In this document: piece after piece, positions 32,124 to 41,272 of the stretch
Position numbering within the stretch: the stretch's first letter is position 1
Layout of the letters: each line of letters starts with the position of its first letter
NCBI GenBank assembly: GCA_963794415.1
Contig: CAWCDI010000001.1
Span: 754,262 to 818,261, forward strand
Direction: 5' to 3'
Length of the DNA: 64,000 bases
Source: an uncultured Actinomycetes bacterium
GTDB lineage: Bacteria > Actinomycetota > Thermoleophilia > Gaiellales > JAICJC01
Translations under genes and position numbers: made by a program
The notes under the pieces: generated by a model
The model's database searches: none
Seen by the model: the letters and a program-made list of their open reading frames with translations, nothing else
What the model was told of the DNA's origin: nothing

Positions 32124-34819
32124 GCGACAAGCGCAAGAACATCATGATCCTGCTCTTGGTGCTGGTGGTCGCAGTCGGCTCCGCCGTTGCGGTCGGCGCC
32201 AGGGGCTTCGTGCAGGGCCTCGACCTGAAGGGCGGCCTCCAGGTCGTCGTCAAGGCCGAGCCGACCAACGGCACCTCGATCACCTCTGCCGAGCTGACGC
32301 AGGCCGCGTCGGTCATGCGAAAGCGCGTCGATCCCCAGGGCACGCTCCAGCCCGAGATCCGCACCGACCAGGGCAGCAACCAGATCGAGATCTCGCTGCC
32401 GGGCGTGAAGGATCCCAGCGCCCTTGGCGACCTGGTCACGGCAGGCGGGTTCCAGAACTTCGTGTTCTACCAGTGGCTCGCGAAGATCTCGCAGGGCGCG
32501 TCGCAATACGCGACGCCGGCCCCGTCCAAGTCGGCGTTCGATCTTCTGACCAAGGCCGACGCCGCCGACAAGGGCGGCTCCGACAACGCTGAGATGTGGG
32601 GCCTCTTCAACAAGAAGACGCACAAGTTCTATCCCCGCACGCGTCTGCTCGCCCAGAAGCAGCAGGTGCTCGGCCTTACGGGTCAGAAGGTGCAGCCGCC
32701 CGGCACCGTGTGGCTCTACGTGCCAGAGGGTCAGATGGCGATCTCCTGCGATACGACGCTCAACAACGGCACGTGCCTGGGCGCGCCGATCGGCGTACCG
32801 CAGGCCTGGTACATGTTCCGAAAGCCGACCCCCGAGCAGGTGGTGGTCGGAAATCAGATCTCCTCGGCGCAGTCCACCACCGACTCGCAGACCGGCAACC
32901 CGATCGTGTCGCTGACCTACAAGAACGGCGGCGCGCAGGTGTTCGGCACCATCACCAAGGCGTCGGTCGATCAGGCCAACCAGCAGGGCGTCTCCACGGG
33001 CATGCCGCTGGCGATCGTGGTCGATAGCCAGCTCGTGTCGATCTCGACCGTCGATCCGGCGACCTACCCCAACGGTATTCAGCCGAGCCCGACCAACAAC
33101 GGCAGCGAGATCAGCGGCCTCTCGAAGGCCGAGGCCGATCGCCTGGCGCTCGAGATCCAGTCGGGCACGCTGCCGGTGCAGTTCGCCGTGCTCTCCGAGA
33201 ACATCGTCTCGGCAACCCTCGGCAAGGACGCGCTCCACAGCGGACTCGTGGCCGGCATCGCAGGGCTGATCCTGGTGATGATCTTCCTGCTGGTGGTGTA
33301 CGGCTTCCTCGGCCTGATCGCCGATATCGCGCTCATCTTCTACGGGCTGCTGCTCGCCGGCATCGTGGCGCTGATACCCGTCACCATGACCTTGCCGGGC
33401 ATCGCCGGCACCATCCTCACGATCGGCGTCGCCGCCGACGCGAACATCGTCATCTTCGAGCGCATCAAGGAAGAGGTGCGCAACGGCAAGTCGATCCGGG
33501 CGGCGATCTCGACCGGCTACCGGCGCGGCTTCCACACCATCATCGATGCCAACGTCGTCACGCTGATCACTGCCGGCGTGCTCTACGCGACGGCGACGTC
33601 GAGCGTCAAGGGCTTTGCGCTGATGCTCCTGATCGGCGTGGTCACCTCCATCTTCACGGCGGTCGTGTTCACGCGGGCGATGCTGGGCGTGCTCGCCGGC
33701 TTCAAGTTCATGAGCCATCCGCGAGTGCTCGGCTCGGTCGGTGACGGCACCCGCTGGAACAGGATCGACTTCGTCGGCCGCAAGAAGATCTGGTTCTCGA
33801 TCTCGGCGGTTGTCCTGATCGCTGCTGCCATCAGCCTCGGCGTCAACGGCCTCAACAAGGGCATCGACTTCACCGGCGGTAGCCAGATCAACTACAAGAC
33901 CAAGGTCGCGCTCACCCAGGGCGACATGCAGAGCAAGGTCTCGGGCATCACCGGGCCTGACACCGTCGTTCGCGGCGTCGTGGGCACCGATCAGCACCAG
34001 GGCAACACCTACAACCAGTTCCAGGTGCAGGCGCACTTCCTGAACACGGGCCAGCAGAAGCAGCTCACGGAGCTCCTCCAGGGCCCGCAGGTGGGAGCGT
34101 TCGACCTCTCGCTCTCGAACGTCTCGTCGTCGTTCGGCCAGTCAGTGCTCGACACCGCCTACCTGGCGGTGATCTTCTCGCTGATCATCATCTTCCTGTA
34201 CGTGTGGTTCCGGTTCGAGTGGGTGTACGCCGTGCCCGTCATGGTGGCGCTGGCGCACGACATCGTGATCACCATCGGGATCTATGCGCTGTCGGGCCGG
34301 TCGGTCACCGCAGACACCATCGCAGCCGTGCTCACCGTGCTCGGCTACTCGATGTACGACACCGTGATCGTGTTCGATCGCGTGCGCGAGAACGTGCCGA
34401 TCCTGCGCCGCTTCACCGCGTCGCAGCTGGTGAACACGTCGCTGGCCGAGACCGTCACCCGATCGCTCAACACCAGCTTCGTGACGCTCATCCCCGTGGC
34501 GCTCCTCTTCATCTTCGGCCAGGGTGCGCTGAAGGACTTCGCGTTCGCGCTGATCGTCGGTATCGCCTCGGGCGCGTACTCGTCCATCTTCGTGGCTGCC
34601 CCGGTGCTCGCGTGGCTCATGGAGCGCCAGCCGGCGTTCATCAAGCGCCGCGCCGACGCCGAGAAGGGCACGCACATCGAGCCGACCGAGGCCACGCCGG
34701 CCATCAAGCAGACCGGTGGCGCCAAGCCGGCGACCGCCACGCCCGCCACGGCCGGTGCCCCGGTACCGCCGCCGACGCCCACGCGCCGTCGCCGCCGGGC
34801 GCACGGCCGCAACCGCTGA
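32120..34819 (+). CDS. secDF: Fused protein translocase subunit SecDF
   Basis: 899 aa. SecD-like periplasmic domain and 6 TM segments, then a SecF-like half (IDFTGGSQI...). The tail is Pro/Ala/Arg-rich. Overlaps the tgt stop. Confidence 0.88.
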   Translation: MSDKRKNIMILLLVLVVAVGSAVAVGARGFVQGLDLKGGLQVVVKAEPTNGTSITSAELTQAASVMRKRVDPQGTLQPEIRTDQGSNQIEISLPGVKDPSALGDLVTAGGFQNFVFYQWLAKISQGASQYATPAPSKSAFDLLTKADAADKGGSDNAEMWGLFNKKTHKFYPRTRLLAQKQQVLGLTGQKVQPPGTVWLYVPEGQMAISCDTTLNNGTCLGAPIGVPQAWYMFRKPTPEQVVVGNQISSAQSTTDSQTGNPIVSLTYKNGGAQVFGTITKASVDQANQQGVSTGMPLAIVVDSQLVSISTVDPATYPNGIQPSPTNNGSEISGLSKAEADRLALEIQSGTLPVQFAVLSENIVSATLGKDALHSGLVAGIAGLILVMIFLLVVYGFLGLIADIALIFYGLLLAGIVALIPVTMTLPGIAGTILTIGVAADANIVIFERIKEEVRNGKSIRAAISTGYRRGFHTIIDANVVTLITAGVLYATATSSVKGFALMLLIGVVTSIFTAVVFTRAMLGVLAGFKFMSHPRVLGSVGDGTRWNRIDFVGRKKIWFSISAVVLIAAAISLGVNGLNKGIDFTGGSQINYKTKVALTQGDMQSKVSGITGPDTVVRGVVGTDQHQGNTYNQFQVQAHFLNTGQQKQLTELLQGPQVGAFDLSLSNVSSSFGQSVLDTAYLAVIFSLIIIFLYVWFRFEWVYAVPVMVALAHDIVITIGIYALSGRSVTADTIAAVLTVLGYSMYDTVIVFDRVRENVPILRRFTASQLVNTSLAETVTRSLNTSFVTLIPVALLFIFGQGALKDFAFALIVGIASGAYSSIFVAAPVLAWLMERQPAFIKRRADAEKGTHIEPTEATPAIKQTGGAKPATATPATAGAPVPPPTPTRRRRRAHGRNR

Positions 34820-34879
34820 TCCCGCTTCTCAAGCGGAAAATCTCAAGTATTGGGATCGGAGGGCCGATACCTGTTCGGC

Positions 34880-36004
34880 ATGCGACCGGGCCCCAACTTC
34901 CCTGATCGTCGCTTCTCCGATCTGATGGGTGTGATCGAGGCGACGCGAAGGCTCACATCCGCCAGAGACCTGCCACAGGCGATGGCACTGTTCGCCCGCG
35001 AGCTGACCATCCTGTTCGACGCCTCGGCCTGCCTGATCTCGACCTACGAGCAGCGCAGCGACCACGTGACCGACTGGGCGGCCTTCGTGATCCCGCCGGC
35101 CCAGCTCAACATCGAGGCCGAGGACTATGCGCTGAACGACTACCCGATGACGCGCCGCGTGCTGCGGGAGCTGATCGAGGTCTCCACGGTTGTCGGCGAT
35201 GACGCAGATAGCGCAGAGCAGACCTTCCTCGAGCACGCCGGGTTTCGCTCGAGCCTCTTGGTGCCGCTGGTGATCGGCGGCTCGGCAGCCGGGCTCATCG
35301 AGGTGCTCGATACGCGCAGGCGCACGTTCACCGATGCCGAGCACCGCTACTGCCGGCTCCTGGCAGACAACGCCGGCATCGCGCTGGGCGCGTCGGAGCA
35401 TGCATCCGAGCTCGACCGCCAGCACGTCGCCACCGTCGCGGCGCTTGCGGCCGCGCTCGAGGCAAAGGACGCCTATACCGGCGGCCACGCCCACGTGATC
35501 GCCGAGTTCGCTGTCGCCGTGGGCGAGCACCTCGGCATGTCCGGCGCGGAGCTCCGCCCGGTGCAGATGGCGGCGCTCCTGCACGACGTCGGCAAGATCG
35601 GGATTCCCGAGGCGATCCTGAACAAGCCCGGGCCGCTGACCGTGGACGAGTTCGACGTGATGAAGCGCCATACGGTGATCGGGGCGGACATCATCGCGAG
35701 CATTCCCGGCCTCGACGAGGTGGTGGGCCTGGTGCGCTCATCCCACGAGCGCTGGGACGGCCGCGGATACCCCGACGGACTCGCCGGCCTCCAGGTGCCG
35801 CGCGGCTCCTACGTGATCGCAGTGTGCGACGCCTACCACGCGATGACCGAGGACCGGGTCTACCGCGTGGGCATGTCTGCGGAGCTCGCGCTCCAGGAGC
35901 TGCGCCGGTGCTCAGGCACCCAGTTCATGCCGGCCGCCGTCGAGGCGCTCGAGCACGTCGTCGCGAAGCGCCCGCGCCGCGTGCGGTTCACCGAAGCGGC
36001 GTGA
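34880..36004 (+). CDS. GAF domain / HD-GYP domain protein (probable c-di-GMP phosphodiesterase)
   Basis: HD (LHDVGKIGIP) and HERWDGRGYP motifs with an N-terminal GAF-like region. ATG 34880 is preferred over TTG 34850. Confidence 0.8.
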   Translation: MRPGPNFPDRRFSDLMGVIEATRRLTSARDLPQAMALFARELTILFDASACLISTYEQRSDHVTDWAAFVIPPAQLNIEAEDYALNDYPMTRRVLRELIEVSTVVGDDADSAEQTFLEHAGFRSSLLVPLVIGGSAAGLIEVLDTRRRTFTDAEHRYCRLLADNAGIALGASEHASELDRQHVATVAALAAALEAKDAYTGGHAHVIAEFAVAVGEHLGMSGAELRPVQMAALLHDVGKIGIPEAILNKPGPLTVDEFDVMKRHTVIGADIIASIPGLDEVVGLVRSSHERWDGRGYPDGLAGLQVPRGSYVIAVCDAYHAMTEDRVYRVGMSAELALQELRRCSGTQFMPAAVEALEHVVAKRPRRVRFTEAA

Positions 36005-36033
36005 AGAGCCGGTGCCAGGCACCGGTTATTCAC
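36001..36033. repeat. 33-nt palindromic element, copy A (GTGAAGAGCCGGTGCCAGGCACCGGTTATTCAC)
   Basis: 14 of 16 bp pair in the stem. It embeds both convergent stop codons (TGA 36002-36004, TAA 36026-36028). 26 of 33 positions match copy B at 50064. Confidence 0.8.
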
Positions 36034-37292
36034 CGGCTGCCTCGGCCGCGGTGACCAGGCGCCCGCCGCGGTCGTTCACCCACTGCAGCAGCCGGTCGTA
36101 GGCCGTGTCCCAGCCGCGCGCGTAGACGCGGTCGTAGCGATCGACGTGCCAGAGGATCGCCACCGTGCCGCGAGCCTCCGCCACCCGCTCGAGGATCTCC
36201 ACCGACCGCTTGAGCCCGCCGTCGGCATCCAGGTGCAGGTAGCGCTCCTCCGCGAGGGTCGCGTCCATGATGGCGAGCGGCAGCTCGACCAGGCCGAGCG
36301 GCTTGTCGGCCTCCAGGTCGTACGGGTGGTAGGGAAGCGAGAAGCCCGCCCGGAGGCCCGGCGTCTCGGCATAGCCCTGGCTCGTGTCGTAGCGAAAGCC
36401 CATCGCGTCGAGCTGCGACAGCGTCCCGTGGGTGGTGTGCCGCAGGTAGTGAAACCGCACGCCCGCCGTGGGCTCGCCGGTGAGCGACTCGAGCCGCGCC
36501 TTCTCCTCGGCGAGGAGCGCCGGCTGCTCGCTGGTGGCATAGCTCGGATGCAGGCCGATCTCGTCGCCCTGCGCTGAGATCTGCGTCACGATCGCGGGCC
36601 GGCGGCGGTTGTAGGCGTCAGGCGCCGGGCCGTCGGCGGGCCGCGTGTGCCCCGTCATGACGAAGTAGGTGGATCGGCCGCCACGTGCCCGCTCGAGCTC
36701 TGCGATGCGCTCGAACGCCCAGTTGGGATCGGTGTGGCGGAGCTTGTGCACCGGCGCCTGGAGAAGCCCCGCGAGCTCGGTGCCGAGGTCGCTCGTGCGG
36801 CGGCTGAGGGCCGCCCGCTTCGAGCGCGCTGCAGCGCCCAGGAACGCGCGCTTGCCGTACCACCGCCACGGCGAGTCCACGTCGTGGGTGAGCGCCACCG
36901 TGAACTGGCGCTGGTGCTGGCCCAGGCCCAGTGCCGAGCGAAATCGCGCAGCCAGCGCATCCACCGCGGGTGCCCCGGGATCGGCGAGCGCCGCGGAGGC
37001 GACGAACCGCCCGTGCTGGTCGGTGAGCGCGCCGGGCCGCTCCTCCCAGCGCGACAGGTGCCAGAACGCGCTGGCGACGACGTCCTCGACCCCATCGCCG
37101 AAGTCGAGCATGCCGCCCGGCAGGAGCGCCGGCGGCGCCGGGTCGCCCGCCTCGAAGTACCTCCAGGCGAGCTCGGATCCCGGCAGCGCGGCAGAGGGGT
37201 AGCCGACCTTCGCCGACGGATCGTCGCTGGTGCTGCAGAAGCGTCTCGATCGCCCAGCGAGCCTTCGGCTGAAAGGTCTCCGCGGCGGTCAT
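36026..37292 (-). pseudogene. Polysaccharide-deacetylase-like protein with an N-terminal extension and a frame break near 37222-37240
   Basis: ATG 37292 (MTAAETFQPKARWAIETLLQ) overlaps the ATP-grasp stop (ATGA). Coding signal then shifts frame to ...STSDDPSAKVGYPSAALPGSELAWRYFEAG...MLDFGDG. LTHDVD and GLHPSY motifs are present. Confidence 0.65.
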
Positions 37293-38464
37293 GACCGGTG
37301 GACGTAGCGCGACTTGCGAAGCCACGACCGGGGATGCTGGCGCGCGGCCTTCGACACCAGCCGCGCTCCCTGCGTGAGCGCGGGGACGGGATCGTCGGCA
37401 GCCCACACGGCGTCGGTGTACGGCGGCCGCTGGAACCCGTTCGTCGTCCCGGCGATGAGCGTGATGGCCCAGCGCTTGCCCTCGCCCGTCATCTTCACCG
37501 GCGCCGGCGGCCGGCCGATCAGATCGAGGTAGGCGATCATGGGCAGATCCACCCCGCAGACCGACGCCAGCCCGTGCCACTGCCAGAGCCGCGGGTTGAC
37601 CTCCATCAGCTTGAACTCACCGCTTCGCGGGTCGCGCTTGAACTCCACCTGCGACACGCCGCGGTAGTCGAGCGCGCGCAGCAGCTCGAGGCCGCCCTCG
37701 ACCACGTCGTCGACCCACATCGCCTCGCCGACCCGGGCGCTGCCCTGGTTCTCGCGGGTCTGGCGCAGCTTGCGGCCCGAGAACACCCCGAGCGCCTCGC
37801 CGTCGGCGTTCAGGTAGCTCCCCAGCGTGTAGAGCTCGTCGTCGCCGCCGGGCACGAACTCCTGGAGCATCGGCTCGAACTCCGCCATCTCCTCGTAGTG
37901 CACCGCGACCTCCTCGGCCGTGGCGCACTCGAACGCCTGGCGCTTGAAGCGGCGCTTGAACTCGGTCGGGTCGGACGGCTTCAGGAACACCGGGTAGCCG
38001 ACGGCATCGGCATCGGCGACCGCCTCCGCGGCGCTCGAGGGATAGGTCGTCACCGGGATGCCGACCCCTGCGGCGCGCGCCGTCTCGATCTGGTGGCGCT
38101 TGCGCTGGAGCGCCTCGAGCACCGGCCAGCCCGGAGCGGGGAACCGGTAGTGGGGCGTCAGCTCCGATGCGCGCTTGACCATGGCGTTCAGATGCTCGTC
38201 GTGGGTCGGCAGCACGGGGGTAGGCCCGTCGAAGCGCTCACCCAGCCGCGCCATCGCGGCGATGAATCCGTCCTCGTCGGCCACCGGCTCGGGCGCGATC
38301 ACCTTGTGGGCGTAGCGCGACTTGAAGCCGAGCGCCCAGGGCCGGTGATCGACGGCGAACGTCCGCACCCCGCTGCGGCCCAGCGAGCGGATCGCGGCCA
38401 GGCCGTTGACCCAGCCCACCTCGACCACCACCGCCGCCTCGGGCTCGGTCGCGCGTGCCGCCAC
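37289..38464 (-). CDS. ATP-grasp carboxylate-amine ligase (COG3919 / D-aspartate-ligase-like)
   Basis: GTG 38464 overlaps the upstream TAG by 1 nt. Family-like sequence: GLAAIRSLGRSGV..., YPVFLKPS, QEFVPGGDDELYT, FKLMEVNPRLW. The upstream 203 aa of the track ORF is a shadow of the neighbouring gene. Confidence 0.75.
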   Translation of the reverse strand: MAARATEPEAAVVVEVGWVNGLAAIRSLGRSGVRTFAVDHRPWALGFKSRYAHKVIAPEPVADEDGFIAAMARLGERFDGPTPVLPTHDEHLNAMVKRASELTPHYRFPAPGWPVLEALQRKRHQIETARAAGVGIPVTTYPSSAAEAVADADAVGYPVFLKPSDPTEFKRRFKRQAFECATAEEVAVHYEEMAEFEPMLQEFVPGGDDELYTLGSYLNADGEALGVFSGRKLRQTRENQGSARVGEAMWVDDVVEGGLELLRALDYRGVSQVEFKRDPRSGEFKLMEVNPRLWQWHGLASVCGVDLPMIAYLDLIGRPPAPVKMTGEGKRWAITLIAGTTNGFQRPPYTDAVWAADDPVPALTQGARLVSKAARQHPRSWLRKSRYVHRS

Positions 38465-40092
38465 TACTCGTACCCGAGGGCCCGCAGGCGTTCGGCGATC
38501 TCGGCTTCCTCGTCCTCGGAGTAGACGCTCTCGTCCGACACCGCCCGCTCCTCGCCGGGCGCCGCGGCCACCAGGTCGTCGGCCGGCGTGAAGAGCGGCA
38601 TGACCGACCCGTCGAGATCCTCGCCCGCGTCCACGCCCAGCAGCGCGAGCACTGTGGGGGCGAGGTCGGCGATCTTCTGATCGGTCACGGCGCCGTGAGT
38701 CACGGCCGGCCCGAGCGCGCCCAGCACGCCGATGGGGCCGTGGTGGCCGGAGAAGCCGTAGTTCTCGCTGGCCTCCGGGTCGAGGCGGTCGTGGATCATC
38801 CACGGAGAGTCGTAGCTCCGCCGCGAGGCCGAGATCAGGATGCGGGGGTCGTGGGTGGTGACGACCAGGTCGGGTGCCTTCTTCGCGAACGGGCCGCTGT
38901 AGATCTCTGAGCCGCGCCGCACCTCGAACGCAGGCGATCCGTCGAGGGGGCTGCGAATTGCCTTCAGATCGGCGATCAGGCGCTCCTGGAAGGCCTTGTC
39001 GCCGCGCCGGCCGGTCTTCTCGCCGAAGAACACGGGGCCGTAGGTGCCGTAGGCGTAGGCGTCGGTGCGCCACCGGTCAACGTCGCGCATCGTGCGGTTG
39101 ACGTTGGCCGGGGCCTTGCCGAACGGCACGATCGCGTCGTAGAGGCGCGGATACCAGCTGGCGCGCAGGGCGAGCCGCGAGTCGATCCGGGCGAGCCCCG
39201 AGATGCGCTGGGCCGAGCGCTTGCGGTAGCGCAGGTAGCCGTGATCCTCGAGCCATTGGTTCAGATGGAACGTGTAGTGGATGGGCTTCATGCCGTGGTC
39301 GGAGATTGTGATCGCGTTCACCCGGCCGCCGTGGATGCGCTCGGCGGCGGCGATGATGCGGCCGATGGCGGCGTCCACGGCGGTGTAGATCTCGCCGATG
39401 TGGTCGGCGGCGTTGGCGGCGTCGTGGGCGGGATGGTCGGCGTCTCGCAGGTGGTAGGCGAGGTGGCCGATCGTGTCGGACGACATGAAATCGACGGCGA
39501 AGAGGTCGGGCTTGTCGTGCTCGATCACGTCGATCGAGAGCGCCTCGACCTCGGTCACGTCGTCGGCCAGGCGCTGGCGAAACGCGCTGAAGTCCTCCCA
39601 GTAGCGCTCGCGCATGGGATGCCTGACCGAGACGAGGCCCGGGAACTTGCTCGCGATGCGCTCGGCGGCGCCGGCGGGCGCGACGGCAGGCCGCTCGGGT
39701 CCGCCGTAGCCCGAGACGACGGTGCCGCTCATCTGCTCGAGCGGATAGGTGAACGGCACCAAGACGAACGACGACTTGCGGCCGGCGGCGTCGAGGATGC
39801 GCCAGAGCGGCGCGCCTCCGCGGGCGGCTGCGCTCTCGACGCGGAACCCGCCCCGCAGCGGGTTGGTGGAGAAGTTGTAGATGCCGTGCCGGCCCGGCTC
39901 GAGGCCGGTCAGGAAGGTGGACCACGCCACCGGGGTGATCGGCGGCTCGGTGGAGCGAAGCGGCCCGAACGCGCCCTGGTCGCGCATGCGCGCAAGGGTG
40001 GGCAGCCGCCCGGCGGCGAGCATCTCGGTGATGACGTCGTAGTCCGCGCCGTCCATTCCGAAGACGAGCACGGGAGCTGGGTCGATCGACAT
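38464..40092 (-). CDS. Alkaline phosphatase superfamily protein (type I phosphodiesterase / nucleotide pyrophosphatase-like), cytoplasmic
   Basis: 542 aa. VLVFGMDGADYD...PPITPVAWSTFLTG...ISDHGM. No signal peptide or TM segment. Confidence 0.75.
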   Translation of the reverse strand: MSIDPAPVLVFGMDGADYDVITEMLAAGRLPTLARMRDQGAFGPLRSTEPPITPVAWSTFLTGLEPGRHGIYNFSTNPLRGGFRVESAAARGGAPLWRILDAAGRKSSFVLVPFTYPLEQMSGTVVSGYGGPERPAVAPAGAAERIASKFPGLVSVRHPMRERYWEDFSAFRQRLADDVTEVEALSIDVIEHDKPDLFAVDFMSSDTIGHLAYHLRDADHPAHDAANAADHIGEIYTAVDAAIGRIIAAAERIHGGRVNAITISDHGMKPIHYTFHLNQWLEDHGYLRYRKRSAQRISGLARIDSRLALRASWYPRLYDAIVPFGKAPANVNRTMRDVDRWRTDAYAYGTYGPVFFGEKTGRRGDKAFQERLIADLKAIRSPLDGSPAFEVRRGSEIYSGPFAKKAPDLVVTTHDPRILISASRRSYDSPWMIHDRLDPEASENYGFSGHHGPIGVLGALGPAVTHGAVTDQKIADLAPTVLALLGVDAGEDLDGSVMPLFTPADDLVAAAPGEERAVSDESVYSEDEEAEIAERLRALGYE

Positions 40093-40156
40093 CCCCCGAT
40101 GCTATCGTCGCGGCGCCCCTGCGCGGTGCAGGTCGGAAGCCAGGTATGTTGCGCCG

Positions 40157-41254
40157 ATGCCCGACCAGCTTCGCGTTGCCATCCTCGGAAGCGGTCGCAG
40201 CCTGCACACCAAGCGCTGGGCCAGGCGCCTTGCCGAGCGCGGCCACGAGGTGCACATCTACACCGTCTACCCCGAGCCGGTGCCCGGCGTGCACATCCAC
40301 GACGTGCTGGGCCACCGCCTGCCGAAGGGCACCGGGGTGCGCATGCTGTGGCGCCGCCGGCACCTGAAGAAGGCGCTGGCAGAGCTCGATCCCGACGTCG
40401 TCCAGACCCAGAACCTCTGGCCCTCCGGCGAGTGGGCGTGGCGGGCCGGCAAGCGGCCGCTGGTGCAGGGGGTGTGGGGATCCGACGTCCTGGTGATCCC
40501 CAAGCGCGACCCGAAGCTGAAGAAGCTCGCCCAGGAGTTCCTGAACGAGGCCGACGCCATCACCGTCAACTCCGACGGGCTGAAGAAGGGCGTCACCGAT
40601 CTGGGCGTGCCGGCCGACCTCGTCCATCGCATTGGCTGGGGGGTCGATACCCGGGTGCGCTACACCGGTGAGCGCGACCGCTCGCTGGTCGACACCATCT
40701 TCCCGGGCCGGCCCGTGGTCGCCTCGCCGCGCCTGCACAAGGATCTCTACAACCTCGACATCATCATGGCCGGCATCCCGCAGGTGCAGAAGGCCGTACC
40801 GGACGCCGCGTTCCTCTTCATGGCCTACGGCGTCGAGACCGAGAACCTGCGAAAGCAGGCAGAGGATCTGGGCGTGAGCGACTCGGTGCACTTCCGGCGG
40901 TTCACCGAGGACGAGGTGCCGCTGGTCTTCGCGGGCTCCGAGCTGACCGTCTCGGTGCCCGCGTCGGATACTGGCCGGCCCACCTCGCTGCTCGAGGCGA
41001 TGGCCTCGCGGCTGCCCGTGGTGCTCTCGGATCTCCCCGCCATCCACGAGCTGATCGACCAGGACGACGGCGCCGAGATCGTGCCGCTCCGCGACGTGGA
41101 CGCAACGGCCGCCGCCACCATCAAGCTCCTGCAGGACGAGGGCCTGCGGCGCCGCTACGGGGACCGCAACCGCGAGGTGGTCGTGCGCGAGGCCGACGCC
41201 ACTGCCGAGACCGATCGCTGCATCGAGCTCTACCGGAAGCTCGCTTCCCGCTAG
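40157..41254 (+). CDS. Glycosyltransferase family 4 (GT-B fold)
   Basis: 365 aa. C-terminal ...GRPTSLLEAMASRLPVVLSD is the typical GT4 EX7E region. Diverges from the minus-strand operon across 64 nt. Confidence 0.8.
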   Translation: MPDQLRVAILGSGRSLHTKRWARRLAERGHEVHIYTVYPEPVPGVHIHDVLGHRLPKGTGVRMLWRRRHLKKALAELDPDVVQTQNLWPSGEWAWRAGKRPLVQGVWGSDVLVIPKRDPKLKKLAQEFLNEADAITVNSDGLKKGVTDLGVPADLVHRIGWGVDTRVRYTGERDRSLVDTIFPGRPVVASPRLHKDLYNLDIIMAGIPQVQKAVPDAAFLFMAYGVETENLRKQAEDLGVSDSVHFRRFTEDEVPLVFAGSELTVSVPASDTGRPTSLLEAMASRLPVVLSDLPAIHELIDQDDGAEIVPLRDVDATAAATIKLLQDEGLRRRYGDRNREVVVREADATAETDRCIELYRKLASR

Positions 41255-41272
41255 CCACTACGCTACGGCCCC

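Noticed and set aside
31958-34036. 692-aa minus-strand ORF antisense to secDF
   Set aside because: Shadow ORF. The plus strand encodes an unmistakable SecD/SecF.
37289-39073. 594-aa version of the ATP-grasp ORF
   Set aside because: The first 203 residues are Arg-rich and overlap the AlkP-like gene out of frame. GTG 38464, which overlaps the upstream stop, is the sensible start.
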